Shown in pieces: positions 38,762-48,961 of a stretch of 64,000 nt of DNA. This DNA comes from Deltaproteobacteria bacterium (lineage in GTDB: Bacteria; Myxococcota_A; Polyangia; Polyangiales; Houyiibacteriaceae). Location: assembly GCA_034670305.1 (NCBI GenBank), contig JAXMNT010000016.1, forward strand, positions 1-64,000, in the 5' to 3' direction. Position numbers and translations under genes: made by a program. Positions within the stretch are counted from its first letter, which is position 1; every line of letters starts with the position of its first letter. The notes beneath the pieces were generated by a model, which was given only the letters and a program-made list of their open reading frames with translations, did no database searches and had not been told where the DNA came from.

Positions 38762-38926
38762 GCAAAAGCCGCAGACTCGGCAACAGCCGCAGCAACAGCC
38801 GCAGACTCGGCAACAGCCGCAGACTCAGCAACAGCCGCAGACTCAGCAACAGCCGCACTCAGCAACAGCCGCAGACCTCTGCAACAGCCGCAGACTCAGC
38901 AACAGCGCAGACTCAGCAACAGCGCA
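38762..38926. repeat. Intergenic imperfect 18-nt tandem repeat (GCAACAGCCGCAGACTCR, about 9 units)
   Basis: Seen directly; units abut with small indels and there are no unique spacers. Confidence 0.9.
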
Positions 38927-38988
38927 GCGACCACCGTCCTCCGGCCGGCCGCATGGACGTTGCCGCGGTTGTGCCCCATGGAAAGTGG

Positions 38989-40770
38989 ATGAGAACCGCC
39001 GTTCGAGTCTGTCTCGTGTCCCTCGCCTGCCTCGCGCTCTCGTGCGACGACGCGGTGGAGCCCGATCTCTCCGGATCGACCGGTGAGGTCGAGTTGCGGG
39101 AGCTGCGGCTCGATCGGCCGCCGCGGGACTCGACCGACGCGGACCTGTTCGGCGCGAGCCGGCCCACGGTGCGGTTCGTCTTGCAGCAGCTCGATCTCAT
39201 CGCGGAGACCGACAGCGCCAAAGGCCTGTTCCTTCGAGTCGGACCGTTCGGTGGGGCGTGGGCGCGGGTGCAGGATCTGCAATCGGGGCTCGCCAAGATC
39301 CGCGCCGCCAACAAGCCGGTGCACTGCCACTTCGAGACGGCGGACAACGCGAGCTACGCGCTGATGGCCGCCAGCTGCGATCGCATCAGCATGACCCCGG
39401 CGGGCACGCTCAACCTCGTCGGTCTCTCGATGCAGGCCTTCTACGCGCGCCAGTTGCTCGAGCGCATCGGTGGCCACGCGGACATTCTCCACGTCGGTCG
39501 CTACAAGGGCGCGGGCGATACGCTTACCCGGGACGAGATGCCCGAGGCGGCGCGCGAGTCGCTCGGCGCGTTGCTCGACGACCTGCAGAGTCAGCTCCTC
39601 GCGTCCGTACTCGCCCGCAACGACATCGCCGACATCGCGGAACCGCTCTCGGCCGCCGTGTTCCAGCATGGGCCGTACACCGCAGAGGCGGCGCGCGTCG
39701 TGGGGCTCGTGGACGACGTCGGATTCGACGACGAAGCGCGGGAACACGCGCGGGTCGCCGCCGGGGTCGAAGTCGACCAGGTGCGCACCCTGACGCTGCG
39801 CAAACCCCAGAAGGATCTCGGCTTGAGCGACATCGTCTCCGCCTTTGCGGGCGACCAGGAGAGCACCACCGTCACCGGGGAACGCATCGCACTCGTCTAC
39901 TTGTCGGGATCGATCGTCGACGGCACCACGCCCAAACCCGGCAACGCGGTGAGCGGTCCGTTCGTGGACGCGATGCGCGGCTTCGCCCGCGACGAAGACG
40001 TCAAAGCGATCGTGCTGCGCATCAACTCGCCGGGCGGTTCGGCGCTCGCCAGCGATCGAATGTGGCATGCGGTGCGACGCGCTGCCGCGCACAAGCCGGT
40101 CATCGCCAGCATCGGAGACGTGGCTGCCAGCGGGGGCTACTACATCGCGTGCGGTGCCACGGTGATCTACGCGCACGAGACCAGCGTGGTCGGTTCCATC
40201 GGCGTCGTCGGCGGCAAGGTGAGCTTCGGAGGTTTGGCGGAGGAGATCGGTGTCAACGCGGTCACCCTGCGGCACGGGCCCTACTCCGACTGGACCAATG
40301 GGTTCGCGCCCTTCGACGAGGCCCAGCGCGCATCGATCCAAGGGCTGTTGAACTCGACCTACTGGCGGTTCCTCCGGCGCGTCGCGGTGGGCCGCGGCAT
40401 GGAGCAGCGGGAGGTGCACGAGATCGGACAGGGCCGGGTCTGGAGCGGCGTGGCCGGTCACCGCTTGAACCTGATCGATGAGCTCGGCGGTCTGGACGAC
40501 GCCATCGCACGGGCCACCGCGGATGCAGAACTCGAGGACCCGGAGGTCGAAGTCTGGCCGCGTCCGCGCTCGGTGCTCGAGTCGATCAGCGCCGCCATGG
40601 GTGGCGACCAGGAGGCGCGGGCGCAGCTGGAGTCCGCCCAGGGTGCACTCCGGTGGAACGCACTGCTGCAGGAGCTCGGGCCGGTCGGCGACGCGGCCAA
40701 CCAGCTTCCTTCGCTGCTGGAACACGAGCACATCGCCGTCGCGATGCCCTACGTGCTCGTGGTCGAGTAA
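38989..40770 (+). CDS. sppA: Signal peptide peptidase SppA (two S49 domains)
   Basis: Lipobox-like LALSC; GRYKGA, VLRINSPGGSALAS, VAASGGYYIA, VGSIGV, GRVWSG. Confidence 0.9.
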   Translation: MRTAVRVCLVSLACLALSCDDAVEPDLSGSTGEVELRELRLDRPPRDSTDADLFGASRPTVRFVLQQLDLIAETDSAKGLFLRVGPFGGAWARVQDLQSGLAKIRAANKPVHCHFETADNASYALMAASCDRISMTPAGTLNLVGLSMQAFYARQLLERIGGHADILHVGRYKGAGDTLTRDEMPEAARESLGALLDDLQSQLLASVLARNDIADIAEPLSAAVFQHGPYTAEAARVVGLVDDVGFDDEAREHARVAAGVEVDQVRTLTLRKPQKDLGLSDIVSAFAGDQESTTVTGERIALVYLSGSIVDGTTPKPGNAVSGPFVDAMRGFARDEDVKAIVLRINSPGGSALASDRMWHAVRRAAAHKPVIASIGDVAASGGYYIACGATVIYAHETSVVGSIGVVGGKVSFGGLAEEIGVNAVTLRHGPYSDWTNGFAPFDEAQRASIQGLLNSTYWRFLRRVAVGRGMEQREVHEIGQGRVWSGVAGHRLNLIDELGGLDDAIARATADAELEDPEVEVWPRPRSVLESISAAMGGDQEARAQLESAQGALRWNALLQELGPVGDAANQLPSLLEHEHIAVAMPYVLVVE

Positions 40771-40866
40771 CGAAGCACTTCCATAAGTGCTTCTGCACCC
40801 GGCCCAGCTGCTTTCCCCCACACCGGAGCCACCTGATTCTTCCTCCGCAGGCGGCGCGCTGGTAGT

Positions 40867-43800
40867 GTGCTTCGCGTGGAGCTGGTCCCGAGCCCGATCG
40901 CGAGGCGATTGCTCGAACTGCGAGCGCGTCGAGCGGACGGGGAGATCGAGATCGGCGGACGCCGCGTTCGGTTCTCGGAAGGCGGCATCGCGGCGATCAC
41001 ACCCGCGACCGAAGACGGATCCCTGGTCGAGTTTCTCGTCCGCAGTGGCCACCTGACCGCGAAGGACGCGCACCGCTACCTCGGCGACGACGTGCGTGCG
41101 CTCTCGGACAGCGGCATCTCCGATGCGGCGCTCTCCAAAGCGCGGCGCGCGGCGTGGATCGATCGATTGGTCGGCGGCTTGCGCACCATCGATCAGGGCG
41201 CGGCCCCAGGCGCGTTCCGCGCGGTTCCGTCGAAGGTGAGCGGCGCCACCGAGCCATTGGTCCCCCTCCTCCTCGATGCGCTCACTTCGCGGGCGGGCGA
41301 ACACGAGGCGGGCGTCGTCGGCAGTCGGGCGAATGGGTTCCTCCGCTTCTTCGACACCGAGGACTGGTACGAAGAAGCGTTCGCATGGAGCGGGCTCACG
41401 GCGGAAGAAATCGAGCGTCCGCTGGGCGCTCTGTTGGTGCGCAAGCCTGGCTCTGCCGCACGCATCGCCGCCTTGATTCGGGCCGGATGCGCCAACCTGG
41501 TCTCGTCCCCAGACGCGGCTCCGAAACCACCTGGTTCCACGCTTCAGCTGCCCGTCGCCCGCACCTCGCTGGTGCCGCGGGCATCGCTTCCGCCGAACCG
41601 CGCGCCGATGCGTGAACTCGCGCCCGGGGGAAAGGTGGCGATCGAGTCGACGCCTCTGGCGGTGACGCTGCGCCCTCTCGCTTCCGTAAAAACAGAGCTG
41701 ACCGACCCGCTCCTCGCGGTGGAAGCCAAAGTCCGCCAACTCGAGCAGATGGGCGCGCCGGGTCCCGACCGGGCCGGCGCCTGGTCGGAAGCCGCGCAGT
41801 TGTGGGCGGAACGATTCTTCTCGGTCGAAGAAGCGGTTCGGGCGTACCGGGAAGCCGCCGCGGCCGACCCAACCGACGTGGAGGTGCTGCTGGCGTGCGC
41901 GCGGCAGTGCGCCCGCATCGGTGCGCTGGAGCTGGCGCGGGCGTACGCCGCCGCCGCGACCAGCGTGGCGGGACGCGCGCGCAAAGGGGACGCGCAGGCG
42001 CTCGAAGCGCGTTTGGCGCGCCGCGCCAACGATCCCGAAGAAGCGATCCGGCACGCGACCGCCGCGCTGCACGCCGACATCGACCCCGACACCCGTCTGG
42101 CGCTCCTTCCGCTTCACGACGCCGCCTCCGGTGGCAGCGCCCGCGAAGACGGCCTCCGACAGGCCGCCGCAGGGCTCTGGCGCACCCACCCCGACCGCGC
42201 GATCGCGCTCGTCGCGCGGCCCGCACGCGCGGGTTCGATCGATGCGCTCCACGCGTGGTGCGATGGTTTGGCCGCGTCGGGCCGCTCCGAGGCCGCCGTG
42301 GTGCAGCTCGACCGCGCCGCGATGACGACCTCCGCCGTCGACGAGCGGCGCTCCTTGCGCATGCGCGCGGCGGAGCTCGCCGAAGAAGGCGAACGTCCGG
42401 ACCTCGCGTTCGAGTTGCTCACCCGTGCCTACGTCGAAGAGCCGTACCTCGACGTGCTGCGCGAGCCGCTGGTCGCGGACGCGAATGCTGCGGGTTGGCC
42501 CGCCACGGCCGGCGTCTGGCTGGAGCGGATCGCGACGCAGGCCGACCAGGAAGAGCGCGGCATGTGGCTGCTTCGCGCGGCGAGGGCGTTCCGCGATGTG
42601 CCGGGCGGTCGCTCGTGGGCGCTGGAGTTGATGGTGCGCGCGCTCGTCGCGGATCTGCACGACGAAGGACTGGCCGAGCTCCGAGACGCGGCCGAACAGG
42701 CCCGGGATGTGGCCTTCCTCGCCGACGCACTCGAACGCATCGCCGCGCGCCAGGGCAAGGAGATCATCCCGTGTCTCGAAGAACTCGCTGAGGTCTCTGA
42801 GAAGCGCCTGGGCTCTGCCCAACGTGCGCTCTGGGCCTGGACCCAGATCGAACAACTCGACCCTTCTCACGCGCGTGCCCAAGAAGAAGCGGCGCGGCTG
42901 CGCACGAAAGTCCGGGTGAAAGAAGGACTGGTCGCGCTTGCGGAGGAGGACCACGAGCGAGAGAAGTCTCCGACATCCGCCCGCAAACTCGCGGCGCTCC
43001 TTCGGGACCGGCCAGACTCGCGCAGTCGCGCGATCGATCTCTATCAGGTGGCGCTCGTGGACTCCCCGGACGACCCCACGCTGGCTCACGCGCTGGAACG
43101 GCTGCTGCGTCTTCAAGAAGACGACGAGGCCCTCACCGCGCTGCTCCGAGACCGGGCGGAGGACTCCGGCACCACCCGTTCGGAGCGCATTCGCGCCTAC
43201 GCGCACCTCGCCGGCACCCTGTGCCTTGCGGACGATCTCAGCGGCGCCATCGACGCGTGCCGCGGCTGGATCGAACTGACGCCACAGAGCGTCGATGCGG
43301 TCGCACGCATCGAGATGCTCTCGCACTTCGAACCTTCGGCGCGACCGCTTGCGGACGATGCCCGGCTCGCGATGCCGACGGACCGGCGCCACGCCCGCAT
43401 CCAGGCACGCCGCGCCGCCGCCGCGACCAGCGAGAAAGACGCACGCAGCGCCACCCGCACCGCCCTCGACGCAGACAACCACGCCGCGGACGCGTGTTTC
43501 GCGCTGGCCGAGCGGGCCACCGAGCCCGAGTCCATCGATCTGTTGCGGCGTGCGCTCGAAGTCTGCGGGCCCGACGAGCGCCTGCTAGAGGTCGCCTGCG
43601 CGCTGGCCGTCGAACGCGACGCCGAAGCCGAGTTCTGCGCGATCCGTGCGAACGTTCTCCCGCACGACGCGCACCTCGCGATGGCCTGGCTGCACGCAGC
43701 AAAACAACCGGATGCCCAGGTAGAAGCGTTGACCCACGCGGTCGGCGCGCCCCTCGAGACCGCGGGCGGCGCCGAAGAGGGACGCGCGCTCGTCGAGGCC

Positions 43801-46800
43801 ATCCTGACGCTCTCGCAGACCACCAAACGCGTACGTCCCGAAGAGACGGCCGCGTGCCTCATCCAGGCCGCCGACACCGTCGGCGACCCCCGCCTCCTCG
43901 AGCTCGCGGCCGAGACGGCCACATCGGTGCAGACACAGATCACGGTCTCCGAACGGCTCCTGGCTCGTTTGGCCGAAGAACACCGCATCGAGCCGCTCCG
44001 TTCGCTCGCTGCGCTCCATCAAGCGGCGCACGACCCGGCCGCGGAATGCCGCGCCTGGTTGCGTCTGCTGGCCGAGGATCCGGTCGACGCGGAGGCCCTC
44101 ACCCGGCTCGAGACGCTCTACGCGCAGACCGGCCAAACCGACCGGCTGTTGGCCATCCTGGCGCTGCAGCTCGAAGCGGCCGACGACGACCCGCTCGAAC
44201 GGATCCGCGCGCTCCGGGATCTCGCGGCGGTCAGCGCGTCTCGTTTGCAAGACCCTGTGCGCACCGAAGCCTTCCTGGCGCAGATCCGCGAAGAGCACCC
44301 CGACCCGGCAGCGGGCGTGCGCGAAGCGGCCGGCGTGCTCGTCGCGCTTGGCATGCCGGACCGCGCGGTGGAGTGGTTGGTGGCCGAGTCCACCCATGAG
44401 GACGAAGCACATCCGGCGGTGCTCATCGAGCGGGCCGCCACGATCCTGGAGCAAAAGCTCGGACAACCGGAACGCGCACGCGAGGTGGTGCGCGACGCGC
44501 TCGAGGCGGGCCATCGTTCGCCCGAGTTGATGCTGACCTTCGAACGGCTGGCCCTCGAAGCGGGCGTGATCGAAGAAGCGGTCGCCACCTACGACGCACT
44601 GGTCGCGCTGGCCATGGGCCGGCACGGGCGCAGTGGAACGCTCTACCGGAAAGCACGTTGGCTCGAGCGCGCGGGCGAAGCGTCCCTCGCACTGGACGCG
44701 TATGCGGCCTCCTTTCACGCGTACCCCGGCGCGGGTGTCGTCTACGGATCCATCGAGCGACTCGCCGCCGAGACAGAGCGGTGGGAGGTCTGGATCGGCG
44801 CGGCCGGCGAGCTCGCGGACCGGCAGACCAACGCCGAACACCGGGTGGATCTCGAGTTCGCCATCGCAGACGTCATGCACGGCAAACTCGGCGACGCGCA
44901 GCGCACCTTCGACCGGCTCGCGCGTGCCTGGAAGGCGACCGAACGGATCGCGTTCGTCGGACGCCTGCGCCCCCTCGCCCGCGAGCTTCGAGACGCCCAG
45001 GCCGAGGGCGCGGCCGCCGCCATCGCCACGCTGCACGAGGGACTGCGCCGACGCATCGAGATGACCTGGGACGCAGAAGACCAGGTCAAGACCCTCGGCG
45101 TCATCGCGGCGGTCCACGCCGAAGACGAACTCGATCTGGAAGCGGCCCGCGTGGTCGTGGACGAAGAACTCGTCCCGCAGGCGGTGAGCGACGACGACGT
45201 GCCCGTCGATTTGGCCGCCGGCACCCTCGTGACGCTGGCGCACTGGATGAAGGATGCCGGCCGAGACGACGACGCGCTGACCGCGGTCACGACGGCGCTG
45301 GAGATCGTGCCTGGACACGAGGACGCCACCCGGCTGTGGACGGAGCTCGGGGGCGCGGAGTCAGAGGCAGAGGCGGTAGCGGAGGCGGAGGCTGCTGAGG
45401 CTGAGGCTGAGGCTGAGGCTGTCGCTGAGGCTGAGGCTGCTGCTCTCGCTGAGGCTGAGGCTGCTGCTGTCGCTGAGGCCGAGGCTGCTGCTGTCGCTGA
45501 GGCCGAGGCTGCTGCTGTCGCTGAGGCCGAGGCTGCTGCTGTCGCTGAGGCCGAGGCTGCTGCTGTCGCTGAAGCTGAAGCTGCTGCTGTCGCTGAAGCT
45601 GAGGCTGAGGCTGCTGCTGTCGCTGAAGCTGAGGCTGCGGCTGAGGCTGCTGCTGTCGCTGAGGCCGAGGCTGAGGCTGAAGCTGAGGCTGCTGCTGTCG
45701 CTGCCGCCGAGAAGGCCAAAGCCGAAGCCGATGCCGAAGCCGAAGCCAAAGCCGAAGCCGAAGCCGATGCCGATGCCGATGCCGATGCCGATGCCGATGC
45801 CGAAGCCGATGCCGATGCCGACGACGACGCGCGGGCGGAGTCTTCTGGGGATGCGGCGGGATACATGCCCTCGGACGATGCGGCGCTGCATCCGGCCGAA
45901 CTGAAGCAGAGTGTGCGGCCGGAGGAGGCGGGGGATGCGCTCCTGTCGCGGTGGCGTTCGAGCGCCGCGCCGACTGCAGAGGATCCGCAAGAGCGGGCGC
46001 TTCGGGATGCGGCGAACCTGGGCGACCTCGAGGCGGCGGAGACGCTGGGCATGCGCTTGGCCGAGGACGAGGGACGGACGCGTGAGGGCGTGCAGGTGTT
46101 GCTGCGCGTGCTCCGATCCGGACGGATTCGGGTCGCGACCATCGCCGCCCTACACGACGCCGCCACCCGCAGCGGGGCCGAAGCGATCGCCGAAGTCTGC
46201 GCCGATTTGCGTGGCGTGTTCGACCCGGCGGCGCCGGCCGTGGACTGCGGCCGACTCGACCGCTGGCACCTCTTGCTCGACGTTCCGGAGCGCGCACTCG
46301 GCGCACCGACCGCAGTGCAGCGGGCACTCGAGCTGGTGTTCGACGGCGCGATGCCGCTGTTCCGCCACAGCCTCCGAGACCTCGGGGTGCTCGGCACCGA
46401 TCGGGTCACCGCGGTGTCCACCCGTCCCCTCGGTGCGGCGGTGGCGCATGCGGAGACCGTGCTCGGGCTTCAGGTCACCACTTACCACTCCGCGACGGGC
46501 GCCCCGATTCGCTGGGTGGCCTCTCGCCCGCCCGCGCTGATCTTGAACGAGCAGCTCGAGGAGCAGCCGAGAAGCATGGGCTTCCGGGTGGCGCGCGCGT
46601 TCGAGCTCGCGCGGCCGTCCCACGTGCTGCTCGTATCGCGGCCGGTCGACGAAGCACGCACGTTGCTGCGTGCGGTGTGGGCCGCGTTTGGCCCGATGGG
46701 ATCGGACGTCGATCGCGAAGCCGCCGACCTCGCGTCGGACCTTTGGCGTACCATCCCCGCCCGCAGCCAGAACGAGATCCGGACCCAGCTCGAGGAGAGC

Positions 46801-47061
46801 ATGGAACCGTCGATCGAAGAGGCGCTGTCGAACGCACACGCCCGCGCCGCGCGCGCCGGCCTCTTGGCCACCGGCTACGTCGCGGATTCGTTGCGCGCCC
46901 TGCTGCACGACGAACCGACGTTGCGCGAACATGCGTTCGACACCCCCGAGCGGTTCGAGCTCGCGGTGGCCGCGTCCTCGCCGTTGCGGAGCGTCGTCGC
47001 GCTCGCGTTCGAAGACAGCTACCTCGCCGCCCGCGGCCGCATCCGTCACGCGCGTCGATAG
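40867..47061 (+). CDS. Giant (2064 aa) TPR/alpha-solenoid protein of myxobacterial type
   Basis: Long open frame with repeated TPR-like helices (e.g. DPVDAEALTRLETLY); C-terminal ARAGLLATG motif; internal Ala/Glu repeat. Confidence 0.85.
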   Translation: MLRVELVPSPIARRLLELRARRADGEIEIGGRRVRFSEGGIAAITPATEDGSLVEFLVRSGHLTAKDAHRYLGDDVRALSDSGISDAALSKARRAAWIDRLVGGLRTIDQGAAPGAFRAVPSKVSGATEPLVPLLLDALTSRAGEHEAGVVGSRANGFLRFFDTEDWYEEAFAWSGLTAEEIERPLGALLVRKPGSAARIAALIRAGCANLVSSPDAAPKPPGSTLQLPVARTSLVPRASLPPNRAPMRELAPGGKVAIESTPLAVTLRPLASVKTELTDPLLAVEAKVRQLEQMGAPGPDRAGAWSEAAQLWAERFFSVEEAVRAYREAAAADPTDVEVLLACARQCARIGALELARAYAAAATSVAGRARKGDAQALEARLARRANDPEEAIRHATAALHADIDPDTRLALLPLHDAASGGSAREDGLRQAAAGLWRTHPDRAIALVARPARAGSIDALHAWCDGLAASGRSEAAVVQLDRAAMTTSAVDERRSLRMRAAELAEEGERPDLAFELLTRAYVEEPYLDVLREPLVADANAAGWPATAGVWLERIATQADQEERGMWLLRAARAFRDVPGGRSWALELMVRALVADLHDEGLAELRDAAEQARDVAFLADALERIAARQGKEIIPCLEELAEVSEKRLGSAQRALWAWTQIEQLDPSHARAQEEAARLRTKVRVKEGLVALAEEDHEREKSPTSARKLAALLRDRPDSRSRAIDLYQVALVDSPDDPTLAHALERLLRLQEDDEALTALLRDRAEDSGTTRSERIRAYAHLAGTLCLADDLSGAIDACRGWIELTPQSVDAVARIEMLSHFEPSARPLADDARLAMPTDRRHARIQARRAAAATSEKDARSATRTALDADNHAADACFALAERATEPESIDLLRRALEVCGPDERLLEVACALAVERDAEAEFCAIRANVLPHDAHLAMAWLHAAKQPDAQVEALTHAVGAPLETAGGAEEGRALVEAILTLSQTTKRVRPEETAACLIQAADTVGDPRLLELAAETATSVQTQITVSERLLARLAEEHRIEPLRSLAALHQAAHDPAAECRAWLRLLAEDPVDAEALTRLETLYAQTGQTDRLLAILALQLEAADDDPLERIRALRDLAAVSASRLQDPVRTEAFLAQIREEHPDPAAGVREAAGVLVALGMPDRAVEWLVAESTHEDEAHPAVLIERAATILEQKLGQPERAREVVRDALEAGHRSPELMLTFERLALEAGVIEEAVATYDALVALAMGRHGRSGTLYRKARWLERAGEASLALDAYAASFHAYPGAGVVYGSIERLAAETERWEVWIGAAGELADRQTNAEHRVDLEFAIADVMHGKLGDAQRTFDRLARAWKATERIAFVGRLRPLARELRDAQAEGAAAAIATLHEGLRRRIEMTWDAEDQVKTLGVIAAVHAEDELDLEAARVVVDEELVPQAVSDDDVPVDLAAGTLVTLAHWMKDAGRDDDALTAVTTALEIVPGHEDATRLWTELGGAESEAEAVAEAEAAEAEAEAEAVAEAEAAALAEAEAAAVAEAEAAAVAEAEAAAVAEAEAAAVAEAEAAAVAEAEAAAVAEAEAEAAAVAEAEAAAEAAAVAEAEAEAEAEAAAVAAAEKAKAEADAEAEAKAEAEADADADADADADAEADADADDDARAESSGDAAGYMPSDDAALHPAELKQSVRPEEAGDALLSRWRSSAAPTAEDPQERALRDAANLGDLEAAETLGMRLAEDEGRTREGVQVLLRVLRSGRIRVATIAALHDAATRSGAEAIAEVCADLRGVFDPAAPAVDCGRLDRWHLLLDVPERALGAPTAVQRALELVFDGAMPLFRHSLRDLGVLGTDRVTAVSTRPLGAAVAHAETVLGLQVTTYHSATGAPIRWVASRPPALILNEQLEEQPRSMGFRVARAFELARPSHVLLVSRPVDEARTLLRAVWAAFGPMGSDVDREAADLASDLWRTIPARSQNEIRTQLEESMEPSIEEALSNAHARAARAGLLATGYVADSLRALLHDEPTLREHAFDTPERFELAVAASSPLRSVVALAFEDSYLAARGRIRHARR
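45361..45822 (+). repeat. In-frame low-complexity repeat encoding (AEAEAAAV)n then (AD/AE)n
   Basis: 24-nt GCTGAGGCCGAGGCTGCTGCTGTC units followed by GCCGAA/GCCGAT hexamers. Confidence 0.92.
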
Positions 47062-47065
47062 GCGC

Positions 47066-47126
47066 CCGCCGAAACAAAGAGGCCCGGCCGCCAAAACAAA
47101 GAGGCCCGGCCGCCAAGAAAAGAGGG
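47066..47126. repeat. 22-nt direct repeat (two full copies plus a partial) between convergent genes
   Basis: ccgccgaaacaaagaggcccgg / ccgccaaaacaaagaggcccgg / ccgccaagaaaagaggg. Confidence 0.8.
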
Positions 47127-47174
47127 CGAAGCCGCATCGCTGCTGCTTCGCCCCATTCCAGGTTCGAACGATCG

Positions 47175-48413
47175 TCAGTGCATCGTGGACGGGGAACGAC
47201 GTCGCGTCCCCGTCACACCCGGCGTGCCCGGCGGGTTCGCGGCGCGCGCACGCTGCCGCTCTTCGATCGGGAACGGGCTGACCCGTCGCGCCGGACCGGC
47301 CATGGCGCGGCGGAACATGCTGTACCGCGCACCCGGATGCCACATCAAGAAGCCGTCCGCGCCGCCTCGTTTGGCGCCGATGATCTGCCGCGCGATGAAC
47401 CGCGGCGAGAACCCTTCGTGTCCGGCGCCACGCGCGAAGGCTTGAAGGTACGGGCGGATGATCGGGCGTGCACCGACGCGCTCGCGCAGCCGGGCGACCC
47501 CGGTCTCGACCAGATATCGGGAACGGTCTTCGCGCTCCGTCTGCCACTCGCGCATCGAGTTGATGTAGAGCATCGGGCAGAAGATCTCGACGTGCTCGAC
47601 CCAGGCTTCGAGGTCCTGGCCGAGTCCGCTTGGGTCGCCTTCGCGGTACGCGCTCAGCCCGAACACGTCGACCGCCAGCGGCACGTGAATCGCTTCGTCG
47701 ATGCGGCGAAGCAGTTCGATCAACAGCTGCGGTCGCGGGGTGCCGTCCTCGGCCGGGTACCGCGCGTAGCGCGTGCCGTCGTCGACGGGAAACCGAACGT
47801 AGTCGAGCTGCACTTCGTCGAAGCCAAGCTGCTCCGCTTCCCGCGCGAGCTCGACGATCATGGTGTGGTTGTCTCGGTCGTAAGGATCGAGCCAGGTGCC
47901 ACCAGTGCCCCAGGACACCCAAGGCTCCTCGCGTCGGCTGTGGAGGATGGCGCGCTCCGGGTGACGGGCCGGCAGCTGCGGGTCCGCGAAACAGACGATG
48001 CGGGCGATGGTGTAGACACCCGCCGCTTTGAGCCCCGCGATCAACGCGGGCGCGTCACCCAAGTAGTTGACCTCTTGGTCCTCGAGGATCTCGATCTGCG
48101 TGTCGTACGTGACGCGTCCGGCGCCGTCTTTCAGATCGATCACCACCGCATCGGTGTGGGTGCGCTCCGTGAGCGTGATGATGTCCTGCAACCCGTGTCG
48201 GCGGACGTAGACGCCTGGCAGGTAGACCCCGGTCGCAGTCTGGCCGCGGGCCGTCACGACATCGAGGTACGGGTCTGCGCGCTGTCGTTGAACCTGGCCC
48301 TCATCCTGCGCCCGAGCGGAGTTGCTGCCGTTCGGCGGTGTGTCCGCACGCATGGGGCTCCCCTCCGCCCACGACGCCACGACCAACACCAAGAAGAGCC
48401 CACGACGCGTCAT
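47175..48413 (-). CDS. Putative glycoside hydrolase (DUF4015 family), secreted
   Basis: AVVIDLKD..G, YTIARIVCFAD, WLDP, GFDEVQLDYVRFP, DVFG, PMLY, RPYLQAF. Confidence 0.85.
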   Translation of the reverse strand: MTRRGLFLVLVVASWAEGSPMRADTPPNGSNSARAQDEGQVQRQRADPYLDVVTARGQTATGVYLPGVYVRRHGLQDIITLTERTHTDAVVIDLKDGAGRVTYDTQIEILEDQEVNYLGDAPALIAGLKAAGVYTIARIVCFADPQLPARHPERAILHSRREEPWVSWGTGGTWLDPYDRDNHTMIVELAREAEQLGFDEVQLDYVRFPVDDGTRYARYPAEDGTPRPQLLIELLRRIDEAIHVPLAVDVFGLSAYREGDPSGLGQDLEAWVEHVEIFCPMLYINSMREWQTEREDRSRYLVETGVARLRERVGARPIIRPYLQAFARGAGHEGFSPRFIARQIIGAKRGGADGFLMWHPGARYSMFRRAMAGPARRVSPFPIEERQRARAANPPGTPGVTGTRRRSPSTMH

Positions 48414-48602
48414 TCCACCACCCTTTGTTTCTGCCCCCACCTACCCGGCGTGGACGTGTTCCTGGCACCGCGATTCATTCGAAGTGTCACAGGTGGGACA
48501 TTGTCATTCATCAACCTACATAGGTCACATTTTCTTCACACAACTCGACTCTGCCTCGAACGACAACCCTGCGTTCCTTCAACCACTGCCCCTGGAGCCC
48601 CG

Positions 48603-48959
48603 ATGTCAGACCCTGTTGGACCCCTCTTGATGAGACTCGAACCGACTCCCAGTCCGGCCTCCGCTTCTCGGCCGAGCAGCGACTTTGCGGAGCAGCTGGC
48701 CCGTCCCGAGACCACGCCGGACGAACCCGCCGCCCCTGGCTTTCTGGACATGCTCGGTCGGATGGCCCGCGGTCTGAGCGCGGACGATCGGCGCAGCGCG
48801 CGCGCGATGCACCGGGCCCGGCGCGGCGGTCTGGACCCGTCCCAGCTGCTGGCGCTGCAATCGGACGTCTACCGCTACACCCAGCAGATGGAGCTCACGT
48901 CCAAGGTGGTCGACAAGGCCGCTCAGGCGGTGAAAACGACGCTGCAGTCCCAGCAGTAG
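48603..48959 (+). CDS. T3SS inner-rod/needle-like small protein (SctI/HrpB2-like)
   Basis: C-terminus DPSQLLALQSDVYRYTQQMELTSKVVDKAAQAVKTTLQSQQ resembles the rod/needle C-terminal helix. Confidence 0.7.
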   Translation: MSDPVGPLLMRLEPTPSPASASRPSSDFAEQLARPETTPDEPAAPGFLDMLGRMARGLSADDRRSARAMHRARRGGLDPSQLLALQSDVYRYTQQMELTSKVVDKAAQAVKTTLQSQQ

Positions 48960-48961
48960 CG

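Noticed and set aside
38762-38926. CRISPR array (also considered for 49614-49760 and 47066-47126)
   Set aside because: Units are adjacent without unique spacers, and no cas genes are present.
38752-38988. N-terminal extension of SppA in the ORF track
   Set aside because: It is the translated tandem repeat; a signal peptide begins at ATG 38989.
38896-43482. Very long antisense ORFs (also 58624-63642, 22283-25675, 15278-18235 and others)
   Set aside because: Shadow frames of well-supported genes, expected in high-GC DNA.
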